NCBI GenBank assembly: GCA_044892525.1
Contig: CM097888.1
Coordinates: 78,616,001-78,680,000 of the forward strand
Length of the DNA: 64,000 nucleotides
Direction of reading: 5' to 3'
Source of the DNA: Schmidtea polychroa
Lineage: Eukaryota
Shown: piece after piece, positions 1-14,500 of the stretch
Numbering within the stretch: the first letter of the stretch is position 1
Layout of the letters: every line of letters starts with the position of its first letter
Translations under genes and position numbers: made by a program
Notes under the pieces: generated by a model
The model's database searches: none
What the model was told of the DNA's origin: nothing
What the model saw: the letters and a program-made list of their open reading frames with translations, nothing else

Positions 1-1379
1 ATTTTTAATAAATTGTGAATCAAATTGCCATTACAAATTTAGTAGATATTATTATATTTTCCCAAATAGTATTTTATTTAACAATTTTAACTAAATGTGA
101 TATCGATTACGATTTTGCTATGTTGATTTTGCTGGGGGTTTTTTTCATTTTTTAGAAATTTGCATATTATTTAGCATATTTAATAAATACTCTATAGAGA
201 AGGGATTTGTAATTGACCACGAAATATAATAAATAGATAATAAAAATACAAATAGTAAATATACAAAATAAAGACAATAATAACAAATGCAATAACTTAG
301 TCCCCTCGATAAAAAAATCAGTTATCAAAACCTTTAATATTTCTTATCAAAAAAAGAAGCAAATAGGAAACAATAGCATCCTCTTATTGAGATGTTCGAC
401 AGAAAAAAATTAATAAATCTAATATAATTATATCAATAAAGTTATAATTATTACTCAATAAATAAAGTGCAATTTTAATAATTTATTGATCTTTGATAAT
501 GATTAGAAACGACTTATTTCTATCAAAACTGCAGTGTACAACCATTGCAACAGGTTAACATTTCATTTTAAATTTTAGTTTAGACTTGTTGAAAAAAAAA
601 TGTAAGCTAAATTTTTCACTTGATTTGTCATAAAATTCTAGTTTAAATATTTGCAAATTGTTTCCATATGAACAAGATGTAAAGGAGCCATATTTATGAG
701 CCATATAAATGAGTGGAATCAGTATTGGACATGTGGCCCACTAGATTTAATTGGAGAATTCGTAGAGAAATCGTGCAAATTAGTCTATGTATTGATTTTA
801 TTTACAACTAAATCATTATTGAAATTAAAACACAAAAGATTTATTAATTTTCATAAGAAAATATATATTCAATTTAAAATTGATTTTTTTTGTTAATATA
901 CATTTGAAAAAATTGCTGAATTGAAAATTCGTGTGACATACAAAACAAAATATTGGTATATAATCTGAAAAGAAATAAATGTATTAAAAATAAACTTGAC
1001 AATATGCCTAGTTCGAAAGTTTTCAAACGGTGGTACGTGTAACTTTAAAGGGTACTCAGAAAAGAATAAAGAAATTGCTTATGATTAGACTGAAATTAAT
1101 TTCATTTTAAAACTCATTTTACTAGCCCTACCTGTATGAGGCACCGAGCAGCTCGGTCTCCAACTACTTCCTATTTTTTCACAATGTCGATAAATAATAA
1201 TTTAAATTTTAAATTATTTAATAATAAATTAATAATAATTTAAAATAGTTATTATAATTGTGAAACCAACAGCGGATAAATAGTTTAGCACATAATTCCA
1301 TGATATTTTTGTCACATTGGTATTATCTCAAGACAATCTTTATTTACTTTATTAAATATATAAAAATAAAACCAAAATT

Positions 1380-2990
1380 AAAAATAAAATATAAATATAA
1401 AAAATTAAAAAAATTAATTTTATTTTCAAATTCAAAATTAAAATTAAAATTAAAATTTATATATATACAATAAATAAAAAATTAAACAATTAAAAATAAA
1501 AAATTGAAAAAAAATAACTAAAAATAAAAATATAATCTAAATTAAAAAAATATTATAATTTTATTTATTGTTTTAGAAATTTGTACTATTTTATTATTGA
1601 TTTGGCGAAAAAAGTGAAATTGGTTTGTCCAGTCATGAACAAACCGCTTTATCAATTTCTGGACAGAAATTGTTTATTTATTTCTTATTTTCGATTTTAA
1701 TTAACACACGGAAAAAATGTTTAAAAAATAGTAAATATTTTCTTTTTTCCCTAGCCATTCACAGATAAAGATTCGAGTGTTTAAAAATTAAAATTACAAA
1801 ATTATAAAAAAAGATTAAAATATGAAAAATATATTATAAAAATTAAATTCAAATTAAAAATAAATCATAGAAATAGAACCATTAACGGGTTAAAATTAAA
1901 AAAATAAAATTAATATAAAAAACAAATTTAATTGAAGCAATAATTATTAAATACAATATAAAAATAAAACATTTAAGATGTTAAAAATTAAATATATAAA
2001 AAATAAATATAAAATTTGAAAAATCAAAAAATACACAAAAAGATTTAAAAAATAGTAAATATTTTCTTTTTTTCCTCGCCATTCGCAGATCAAGATTCGA
2101 GTGTTTAAAAATTAAAATATTAAAATATGAAAAATATATTATAAAAATAAAAATGATTAATAATATAAAATAATATTATTTAATAATACAAATTAAAAAA
2201 ATAAATATATAAAAATTAAATAAAAAATAAAATAAATCATTTGTTTTTTTAATTGGTTAAAATTAAAAAAAACAAATTTAAATGAAAAAATAATTATTAA
2301 ATACAATATAAAAATAAAATAAAATAAATAATTAAAATTAAAAATATAAAAAATAAATATAAAATTAAATAAAAATTAAATATATAAAAAATAAATTTTT
2401 TATAAAAATATTGAAAAATAATTATATAAAAATAAAACAATTAAAAGTTTAAATTAAAATAATTATATAAAAATAAAATCTAAATTAAAAATATATATTA
2501 TAATAATAAAAAAATAATAAGTTAAAATTAAATAAAATAAATTTAAACGAAATAAAAAATATTGAAAAATATTTTATTTTATTAAATACAATATAAAAAT
2601 TAAAAAACAAAAAAAAATTATAAATAAAACAATTAATTTTAATTTTCAAATTAAAATAATAAATATAATATAAAAATAAAAAATTAAATATATAAATAAA
2701 CATAAAAATTACAAAAATACAAATAAAAAATAAACAATTAAAATTTTAAATTTTAAAATTAAAATACAAATATAAAAAATTAAACAATTAAAATATTTTT
2801 AAAACAAATTTAAAAAATTATTAGAAAATAAAAATTCGAAAGAAAACATCAAAAAGAAATTAATACTTTTTAGGGAAGTAAAAATTAAAAAAAATAATAT
2901 AAAAATTTTGAAAGTAAGAAAACAATTTTAAGAGCAAAATAAAACATAGAAAAATTAATATTTGAAATAAAAAAAGAAAATAATTATTTG
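1380..2990. repeat. Extremely A-rich low-complexity tract with an internal direct repeat (~1720-1850 vs ~2045-2150)
   Basis: Near-identical segments 'taaatattttctttttt..gccattc.cagat.aagattcgagtgtttaaaaattaaa' about 330 bp apart. Confidence 0.7.
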
Positions 2991-3065
2991 TTAATTTATA
3001 TTATCCAATAAAATCAGTGCATACAATTTTTTGATAATTATTTATAAAAATCTAGAAAATATTAC

Positions 3066-3553
3066 TTGTAATAATCCAACGAATGCCGGGCGGATGGCTA
3101 TTCCTAGAGTAACAAAGTATTTTTCGTATAGATTAAACAACGGAGTTTTGATATGCATAGCGGATGGAGAGAGGAGAGGAAATATACCGTTACAATAGAT
3201 GAATAAATCATCCGCTAATTTACGAGGTCCAATTATGGAAAAAATTACATCAAAGCATTCTAGAGCTTTAATATGAACACCGGCTGGCAATGCTGGATGA
3301 AGACATTGAGATAATCTTTTACCGACTAATTGTTTTCGAGGAATAATTCCAAACCGAATATTGGCTTGTAATAACTAAATAGAAAGTTAAGTGATGAATA
3401 CAGTGCTTGAAAGGGATTTACTTTAATTAATTTTCCTAAATTTGTTATTAAATCAGCCCATTCTGATGAATATTCGAATCCTCTTAAGCATCTGTCTACT
3501 TGATTTGCAAAATTACGAAATTTGTTATCATTTGAAAATTCTTGATCTTCCAT
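3066..3553 (-). CDS. DOP1: Dopey family protein, first two coding exons (3553-3422, 3374-3066); the rest was not located
   Basis: Translation MEDQEFSNDNKFRNFANQVDRCLRGFEYSSEWADLITNLGKLIK / ...GKRLSQCLHPALPAGVHIKALECF...LFPLL-like matches the Dopey_N domain; a 47-nt GT-AG intron keeps the frame. Confidence 0.9.
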
Positions 3554-6500
3554 TATTTCTAAAATTAAATACATTAAATTATTTAGTTAAAATTTTGAAT
3601 TTAAAATTATGACATCAGTAGAAAAAAACTCATGAAATAAAAAACTCTGAAAATATATTTAAAAATCAATAATTGATGAGATAGGTTAAGTTATACAAGG
3701 ATAAATAAAAATGCCTTTAAAATAATAAATTTATATAATTTAATAAAATTTGTTTTTAAAAATAACTCATTATAAATGAATTATTTAATATAGTAAAACA
3801 CATGTCTATTTTAATAAAATAAAACATTTAAAACATTTTTATTTTTAGAGTTTGCAATATAATTTTAAATTATTTATTCAATTTTAAATTTATTACTTTT
3901 ATTTATTTGGATTTTTTATATTTGAAAAAGAAATAAAGTAATTTATAATTTTGAATTTTTGGAAGAAGTTAAAATTATTTTTAGCGATTCACTAACTAGC
4001 CTTTTGGTATAACAGGAGTTATCCATTATTTTATTGACTGTAAATTATTTAGATTTTGTAAGTTACCTAGTGAAAGTTATTCTTCGATAGTCACCCCTTC
4101 GCTAAGAATATTTAATGAATTCGGGTTAAGATTAACCGTGGAGCACAAGTTAGGGACTTTAAAGAGAGGATGTACCTGACAGTTGTTGAACCTTTTTTAA
4201 CATATCGAAATATAATATAGAAATATAATACTTGTGACTTAATAAAAATTTCAACTGTGGAATTTCTTCGTCAAATATGAAATGGCAGCTTAAATTTATG
4301 TAAATTAACAACTAACCGGCACTTTTGTTGATATATCTATCTTCTTCTATCGTTTTTCTTTAAGTTATTTTTACGAAATAGTTGGTTTGTAAAATATTTT
4401 AAATTCAAAAATTGATTCTTAATAGATGCATTTTATTGTATATTTACGTATATTTTCATTATAAAAATCTATGTATTTGCTTGTGTTGTTTTTTCATTTG
4501 TCTTCCTGTCTGGATTGTAGTTACTCATTGACTACAAATATTTAGATTAATAAAAGCATCTAAAATAGTATTATATGATTGCAGAATGTTGACGTAGCCA
4601 GAAAGTTTTTAATGGCAATATTATATTAATATTAAATATTTTAAAATTTGTGATTGTTTTGAGAATTGCTATTTGTATAATCTTAATATAGCAACCAACC
4701 AATAAAAAATTTCAACTATGAAGGCATTATAAAAAGTCTGAAATGTAGAAGAAAATTACAAGTATAGAAATTAAACAGGTTAAAATTCAAACAGACTAGA
4801 AATCATGAAAAACTAATAGAATTTTATATTTCAATAGGAGTAAAAGAGTTTATTGAAAGAATTAGTATTTATCTAAAAATGTGTACATATAGGAAACTAA
4901 ATGTAGAAGAAAGTAAAGAAATATTATATGATAGAATTAAGAAACTTCTAATAGATAACCTAACCGGTAAGACATTTATATTAAAATAAAAAATTTTAAA
5001 AATAGGACTTTCTATAGAAACTTATACAACACAAGAAACCAGTGCATTTAATAAGTAAAATTGTTGGAAAAATCATAGAAATGGTATGGAATGGGAATTT
5101 TTAGCTCTTAGAAAGAGATATGAGACCTTAAGGCGTACTTATTGAACAACTGCATTAGACTATATGAATAAAAATATTACACGATGGAAGTAAACTTCAA
5201 AAAATTGCTTCGGCAGTTAAAGTAGTAAATAATTTTTTAATGAAGTGAAAATGTCATATTTATAAAGAATTCCGGGTCATTTGGAATTTATTATCAAAGA
5301 TAAGATTTAAATAGATATTCTTAAATATCTCTTACATTTTCTAGTTCAGTAATGTACTCGGTTATTATTTATTATAGTAAGTACTGATTCGTCAACTACA
5401 CTTTTAAATATCTATTTTTTCACTGTCTATTTAACCGTAACTTTGATTTTAGAATTGACTTTTCCTTCTAGTTTCTTTAGTTCACTCTTCGATCAACTGT
5501 CAATTGGCTACTATAATTCCTGATTTCTATACTGTTTTCACTCCTGCAATTTTCTCAAACATAATCATATGAAGTATATTTTATTAAAAACAAACAATTA
5601 ACAAAACCGACCTCAATGTGTTATATTAATAACAGTTTATGAGAAAAATTTATTTCATAATTTTCATGTACCTCCTTTAATTTTGGTACTATGTTGCACA
5701 ATATGTACACATGACCATTTAATGATCTTGCCAAAAATATGCAATAAACTTTTTGTTATCAAAAAACATATCGAATTTATAGCAAATAATAGAAACTACG
5801 TACGCCTACTTGATACGGTTAAAGCCCCAGACAAAATTGAAATAGGATTGACAAAAACTTCACAAAAATGTATGTTCCTAAGTGATTGCGTCGAAAATGA
5901 ATGAAAATTTTATTAACTTCATATTTTAATAAATATTGCAAATGGGCTAAGCAATTGAAACTTTAAAAGAAAATTAAATTTAATGAAAAATTCAATTTTT
6001 AAATTACCAACTGCACGTGTCCTTATATCACATAATTTATGACAGCTGATTTGTAGGGAAATCCTCACGTAATTTAAGCACTTAGGAATATAAAATATCA
6101 ATATAAAATTCAAATCTCTATTGTGCCAACTCGACTGTAATTATATATCAGAAATTTGGTTACCACGTGTTTTTAATAAATCTAATTTCATTGATTACTC
6201 AGTGCAATCCCCTCAATAAAATCGATTTAATTGATTATTTTGTGTTTCCGTCAAGAGCAAATAAACTGATGCTCGATATTTATTAAATGTAAATTCAGCT
6301 ATTACCATTTATTGATATTTAAATACAAATTTACTCGACAGATGTAATTTTTTGAAGAAAATTAATTTTCAAAGTTAAAAATCAGAAATAATGTTATCAT
6401 AGACCTCTGTTAAATGAAATTATTTTTTATATTTATGGCCCTATTCAGTCTCCAATCCAAACTTCAATCGAGAGCCATTGGATAAAATAAGCATAAACAT

Positions 6501-6670
6501 TAATCGAATCTTGATAAATAATCGAATTTACAAAATAAAATAAAAAATAACATTTACACAAATGTCGAATTATGCCAAATTAGAAATAAAATTCATACGA
6601 ATTTATACATCATCATCATCATCATTATCATCATAATCATCACCAAAAATAACAAGACAAATGAAATCAG

Positions 6671-8512
6671 TTACAAATCATTGTTTCTATCAAGATGTTT
6701 TGGTGCATCAGCAAATAAACTTTGCCATTTGAAAGCATCGGCTAAAATTACATTCATATCTTCATCTGTCCAATGAAATGTTGGCAAATTCTGTAACAAC
6801 AACATAAGACCTTGGAAATCTTTTTCACGTTTTAAATCTGCGGCAAAACGAAGCATAAACGATGCACAGACGTAAACGTGAAATTCTGAGAAAAAGTTTG
6901 GCACTGACTGAAATGAATAATTTTTACGTTATTAGAAATTATTGGAATTGGAAAGCAAAAACAAAAGGTAGGATTTTTGCTATTTCGATGGATTTTCGGA
7001 TAAATTTATGTGAAACTGTAAAAGTGCTAAAATCGAAATTTATCGGGAATCGGATAAGTATTAATTAGTAGTTATTGTTTCTTACAACTTTTATATTTCA
7101 GTTTGCAGATTGTTTGCAATTGTTAGATAAGGGGAAATTAGCGAAAGCATATAATCTAACTGAAGACTAAAAGTGAGATAAGATTGAAATAGGATTGGTA
7201 TGATCTGTAAAATGAATTGAAGTTGGAAATAACATAAAAGAATTCAAGGCACCATAATCGACAATAATAAAAATAAATACTGATTAATTGTTTATTTATA
7301 AATATATAAAAAATCCAATCGATTTTGANNNNNNNNNNNNNNNNNNNNNNNNNNNNNNNNNNNNNNNNNNNNNNNNNNNNNNNNNNNNNNNNNNNNNNNN
7401 NNNNNNNNNNNNNNNNNNNNNNNNNNNNNNNNNNNNNNNNNNNNNNNNNNNNNNNNNNNNNNNNNNNNNNNNNNNNNNNNNNNNNNNNNNNNNNNNNNNN
7501 NNNNNNNNNNNNNNNNNNNNNNNTAAATGTTAATGCTGCGAAGTATCTATTCAATACAATACTACCTTATAATCTTGATTTTAGCGATAACATGGTGACA
7601 TGTAGCAAAATAAGAGGAAATGTGGATAAATTCGAGTAATGTAAAAAAATCGTAATTTAACAAATAAGTATAACTTTGGCTCTTATTGATGAAGTTATTT
7701 CCAATTTTGCACAAAAGTTACTTTATCATTAATGATATAATTTGCAGCCACAAGCGTCAACGTTTACAACACTACGAAAATCTGATTCATCGTTCTGGAC
7801 TGCAATAATGTTAGATTGATAATAAATGCTTATGTATAAGGTTCTTGGAATCTTATCGATAAACAAATTGAATTTGGTATGTTAAATAATTGTTACGTTT
7901 TAGTTTTCTATTTTAATAAATAAAATTGTATTAAAAAATCTTTGTCTTTTATTTAAATGTAAAAGTAATTTTAAAATAATGAGTAATAAGATTGCGCATC
8001 ACTGATCTAAACCATAATTTTTATTCAAAGTTTAATTCACTCATTTTAAGATCTGGTCTTGATTTGAATCTTTTGGAATCTTCTGAAATTCTAAGATAAT
8101 CTGTATTAGATTTTAAAAACCTGATAAATGCAATTTTTTATTTCATGAACAATATTCATCACCACATTTCTAATTTTTTACCTTTTGTTTTATTCAAATT
8201 TTTAAGCATGAATTTAAATAATTTGTCAGATTTACTATTAAAAAAAGCAATATCGTTCTTCGATGGGAAAAATACTTTAGGCAATAAACAAGATAAATTG
8301 AATATTAGACTATATTAACGTTAATAAAAATACTTTGACATTTTTTAATATCTGAGTTAAATTCCGAAATTCAGTAGATATAGATATTGAATAAAGTGTC
8401 AAATTCAATTAAATTATATGTGACACGGGGAGAAAATAGCAAATTGATTAATCTGAATGAATGGCGGTTTATTTGTATTGTCAAATAATGAATTTACTCG
8501 TACCAAAATAGA

Positions 8513-8546
<34 letters not shown>

Positions 8547-11500
8547 GATAATTAATTTGCTTTTCATTAGTCGGGATAGAAACGCGAATATTTACAGATT
8601 TCATAAATAGCCGAACTTAATAAACCCGCACGTGTTATTATCAGCATTCAGTAATTTTTATAAGCAATTAATTTTAATGAATATTTTTTTTAAACATTGT
8701 TTTGATATATTATTTATATTTTAGAACACATTAAATTTTCCATATTGAAATTAAATAGAACTTTAAAAAACTGGAACCATATTCGTTAAGGAATACTCTT
8801 ACAGAATTAGAGATACTAATCCAAAAGGAATTAAAAATAGAAATTATATATCTTTTCAAAGAAGAGATATTAAAGATATATATACATATATATTTGTACA
8901 ATATAAACAATTTAGCTATGAACAACATTTATTTCCTAAAGAATAGATTTATTTGACAAAAAGAAATTCTAAATTTGGCTTACTGTAACATAACGCATTA
9001 TTATTTTCATATTCAGAATTAAACTTAATCGAGAATGTTTGAACAGAGATTGTACAGTTCAAAGAAAGGTCTAAATATAGAATCTGGACAAAAAAATATT
9101 TGTATTTTTCAAAATAACAGGGAATTTATTTAATCGGTTAAGTAGCGATATTTATAAGTTAGGATTACAGTTGATGCTCTTCTATCTTAATTGAAATAAA
9201 AAATTTGATATCTTTTGCAATTAAAAAATTTGTTAAAAATTTTGTGTAAATATTGAATTTTCTTTATTGATTTTAAACCAATAAAAGTTCATGTTAAAAG
9301 AAATTTTTTTAATTAATTTTTTTAATTAATTTTTTTAAGATTTTTATTTATTTTTATTAATATTGATTTATAGATATAAATTTTTGATTATAAAGAAATT
9401 TAAGAGAAAAACATTTTTTAATTTCACTGAAAATATCAAAATTATAGAAAAAATAATTAAAATTCTCATTTTATAAAGAATTTTAAATGATTGTGATGTA
9501 AAAAGATATGATATAATCTTATTATAATGATAATAGACGAAATATTTGGATTACAAAATCACAAACTATTAGCACAAATTGCCTCATGAAATGAAACACA
9601 AATTTACGATTAAGAATTATTTTGTGCATATTTTAATATTGGTCATAGCGCGGTATTTATATATAAATTACTGTATGATAAGATTTATCAGCTAAAAGTA
9701 ATGTCCATAATATCTAACAATTAGAAAGTTAGACACGATAGCAAACAGATAAATATTATATCCAGAATTCATACATCAATAACCGGCTTAATGTCAACGG
9801 ATGTGTTCGAAACTTTAATAACATAAAACGTGTACATGTCTTCAGTGCCGTTCCTGCGTTTCTGGCCGCACAGGTGCAAAACCAATATTGGTGCCCCTAA
9901 TAATTTAATTTTTTGATTAGAATTTGCTGATGTGCGGACAGAGTTGGGTTTCGAGAATTTGCCGATGGGAATTCTCGAGAAATTTTCGAGATTTTCCATC
10001 CCGAATCTCGAGAATTTAAATTTAACATTTCGGGAAATCCCGGATCTCGAGAATTTCTCAAAATTTCTCGAGAAATCGGCTTTTTTTTAAATTTTTTTAA
10101 TCAAATATTCATTAAAAAACGATTTTTTTTAAAACTTGAAAGATAATTTTTTTGAAATAAATAAGTATACGTCTTTTCATAGTTGGATTTTTTTAATCAA
10201 GTATTCATTGAAAAAAATATTTTTTAAAAATTGAATGACCTTTTATCATCCAATCAAATTTTTTTAGATTAAAATTAATTTGATTGGATAAATATTTTAT
10301 TATTTTAGTGAAATTATTTGTTCATTGCAATTTTTTTTCATTCGTATTTTTAAAATAAATTATCATTCAATCAAAAAAAAATTTCAATTTATTCAATAAA
10401 ATAAAGATTTAAAAATTTTTATATTTTAAAATTAATTTGATTGGACAATAATTTTATTTTTATTTCACTGAAACATTCACCAAAAAATTACTAATTTTTC
10501 ATTCTTTTTTAAAAATAAAATAATCATCCAATCAAATTAATTTGATTGAATAATTTTTTATTTCACTGAAATCGTATTTAACAAAATTAACTTATTAATT
10601 AAAAGATCCTTTCATATATTTTTAATTAAAATAATCAACCAATCAAATTATTTTAAAATCTAATATATTTCAATTTATTTAAATAAAATTAGATTTTTTT
10701 ATATTTTATAATTAATTTGATTAGATAATTATTTTGTTTTATTTCAATGAAAAATTCATCAAAAAATTCAATAATTTTTTTTATTTTTAAAAAATTCAAA
10801 TAAATAAAAAAATAAAATTTAAATTTTTTAATAAAATAAACAAGAACAAGTCTTATTCATCAAAAAACTTTCATTATAACATTGTTTTCACTTTTTATCA
10901 CCCAATCAAATTATTTTATATTTTATATTAATTTCATTGGATATTTTTATATCATTTTGAATTATTTAATTAAAAATATTTTTGTATTTTAAAATTAATT
11001 TGATTGGATAATTATTTAATTTTTTATTTCACCAAAACCATAAAAATTAATTATAAATATAAAAATATTTAAATTTATTTAATTAGGATTGGTCAATAAA
11101 TACAAACTTGATTTATAGTCAAATAAAATGAAACTGAAAATAGTCAATATTAATGCTGAAGAAAATAAAAGATTTTGCTTATAAAATTTAAAATTATGTG
11201 TCAAATTATTTAAAATATATATTCAACTAAAACCTACGTGATATGTATCCCACAACCTGATCACGCATCGCAATGGAAGTTCTCGCATTAATAGATTGTT
11301 CATCCAGCGGAATGAAAATTGTAAATATTCAACTTTTTGATCACATAGATGTTGATGTAATTCTGAATCCAGTCTGCTGATTAAAGAAGATAAAGCTTGA
11401 ACTCTGGTTTGAATACCAGGTTGAGCGAATGTATAGTGATCCTGAATGCTATCCAGCAGTCGACTTACACACCAATAACAATCAGCCTCCACTTTTTTTA

Positions 11501-14500
11501 ATTCCTCTTCTGATGGATCAGTACTCAGCGTAAGTTCACCAGCGGTGTTTAAATCTCAACGAGATGTTATTAAACAAATGATTCCTCGACTAATAGAAAC
11601 ACACTTACCGACTTGAACATATTCTGACAAAAAAACTATAAAATATGGAGTGAGTAAATCATTAATTCCTTGTACATATCCACTAGCAGGGTGTCTCATA
11701 GACCAAATAAACAACACTCTTTCAAATAACTAAAATTAAAATGACACTTAGAAATTGATTTAATCATACTTGATTGATAAAAGAAAAGATGTTACTCAAA
11801 TAAAATGAGGTCAATTTACGATTTTATTGTATTTTAAATAAATCAACAAGGCTTTTCTTTCCATTTTTCTACTTTTAGATAATGGAAAAGCGTTGAAACA
11901 AAAACAAAAGTCCGTGTGCAATTAAAAAATACTTGTGAATTTGTAAGTATATGACATAGAAAGAATATGTAGAAACAATTAGAAAGCTTAATGTATCTAG
12001 TTATTGGAGTCATTAAAAATTCTATTTAGTATTTGTTTGTAAGATCAGCTGGAAAGTGTTTTAAGAGAAATAAAAAATCATATTCTTTTTGTATTAGTAA
12101 TGAAGGAAATTAACAAGAATTCATAGAGTTTTCTATCGCATATAATTGGATTGCTCATGGTATTTTAATTGCACATATACTTTTGTACATCCTCCATATG
12201 TGCATATATGTATGTATTATAAGAACTTTTGTTTTCAAATTTCAGCACTGATTTCATTTCCATTGACATTGTATATATGTATATAAAGCCTTCATAGTCA
12301 ATATTTTAATAAATACAANNNNNNNNNNNNNNNNNNNNNNNNNNNNNNNNNNNNNNNNNNNNNNNNNNNNNNNNNNNNNNNNNNNNNNNNNNNNNNNNNN
12401 NNNNNNNNNNNNNNNNNNNNNNNNNNNNNNNNNNNNNNNNNNNNNNNNNNNNNNNNNNNNNNNNNNNNNNNNNNNNAATGAAGATAAACGAAATCAATTA
12501 CACATGACAAATATAGAAAGTGGCAAGGGAGATTTTACTAATATTTTATATTTTACATTATTTATTTATCCTCTCTTAATAATCGATTATTATATGTTGT
12601 ATATGTAATAAATAATTTGAATTGGTTGAAAAGATTATCAATTGAGAATTTATTATCTGATAAATCAATTCTTATGATTTAAGAGAAACCCTTCATCATA
12701 TGAGCATTACATATATCAGTAACTGTAAATATACAATTACAAAATTCATTTTACTAAATCAAGATGTAAAAATATTCTTTAACGATTATTAAATTTCAAT
12801 TTTGTTCTAGATTTGATAATTAATGTTAGCAGTGCAAATTATAATAATAATTTATAATTATTTGAGTAGTGCAATTACAGTATATAATCGTTTGGAAAAC
12901 TATTTAATTGTTATATTTTATTTAGAACTAATTTTATCAATTTTATCTAATTTTCTATTAGTGTTTTTCAAAAAAAAATATTTGAAATTTCATTTAATTA
13001 AAGTGATTTTTGAACTTCCTTTTGAATTAGATATTTGAATGGATAATTTCACTTTTGTAAGCTTTAAGTTTGTGATAATAACTTAATAATTCATTTAAAT
13101 TATTGTTGTATGTGGAAATCTTTATTTATTTATTAATTATTATTTTTGAAAAACTCATCACAACAATCAACGATTTGCACTCAGTAACTGGTAGCATAGT
13201 CACCCCTATTTTGAACTAAATTGTGTGCATATGAACTGTGCAATCAAATAATATTGAAAAGTTGCTAAAGGGTGTTAAATTAAGTATTTGCTTTTTAACC
13301 TTTCTTCACTCACATTAATTTTCCTATGTTTGAATCTTCCACTCATTTAATTTAGAGAATTTTGTGGAATTTCAAGATAATATATTTTGAAATTTGTAAT
13401 GATTTGGTCAACCTATCTCAGGAAGTGGTGTTGGTGTCGTTTTCAACTACATTGGGTTCAAAAAATGCGAAAAATAGTGCCTTCATCGTTACCGAGAAAA
13501 TAAAGTTCAAGTCTCGAACACAATTTTTTCGGTCACCTGTAGTCTGTCTTACGTGATTTTTGCTAATTTTCTCATAGTTACGCTGCTGAATAAGCTATGT
13601 AAGCATATAGACACTTTCTCTAATGGTTGGTTTTCTTGCCGTGGGGAGAAGTAGAAACAGTTTATAAGAATGTATACAAAAATCCTTGCCACAATGTGTG
13701 AAGCCAAAAAAAATTGGCAGGAATTTTTACCAAGATGTGTGAAATAGTTAATGGAGACAATATCAATATCGATATCCAAAACCTTCATAAAAAGATTTAT
13801 TATATTTAAATTTCTTTTAAATAACCTGTGAAAGTAAAGAATCTGTAGTGAGGAATTATTCTTTTAGTCAATATTATTTATTGATTGTTTAATCGAATAT
13901 TTATTAATGATTTATTATTAGTTTGATAATATTTTAAATTATCTATTGTTTGATTAACTCATCTTTCTCAAAATATAATTCCATTTACAATCAATGTTTT
14001 GAAAGCATTTTATTATAAAGACAGTATTGTGAAAAATAACCGTTCGAAATAGTGTGAAATTTACAGTAGGTAATGTAGTACATATATGGAAAAAGCTCTT
14101 ATCCTACAGGCTTTAATACTAACTTTATTACAAGCTTAAAAAAAATTGTCGAGGAATACAAATTAAAAAAGAAGAAAAATCAAGAGTTTCGGATTCACAA
14201 AGATATAGACAACAAATGTTTGTATAGGATTATAAATTATTTTAAATAGCTTTTAAATAATTTGAAATTTGGATCAAGATAGAAAAGGATGAATTCAAAA
14301 AGGAAACATGGAAATCGAAATGAAAAGAGTATGTAAGGAACTGTTCAAATTATAAGAGTTTAACAACAAAGGGAGACAGAGGAAAGGTGTTTAATGGCCA
14401 TCGCGAAAAATAGAGTAAATTTAATGTGATTTGTCTTATTGCAAATGGAAGAGACTGAAGAATGTTGTAAAGAAATTACAAAGATGTAATTTATAGACAA

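Noticed and set aside
2485-2703. Many short ORF-track ORFs rich in F/I/L/N/K/Y, and ORFs spanning N gaps
   Set aside because: They are products of AT-rich low-complexity sequence or gaps, or antisense shadows of real exons
4050-4540. Possible small gene between Dopey and TBC1D22
   Set aside because: Short open stretches and splice-like sites exist, but no coherent frame or recognisable motif could be assembled
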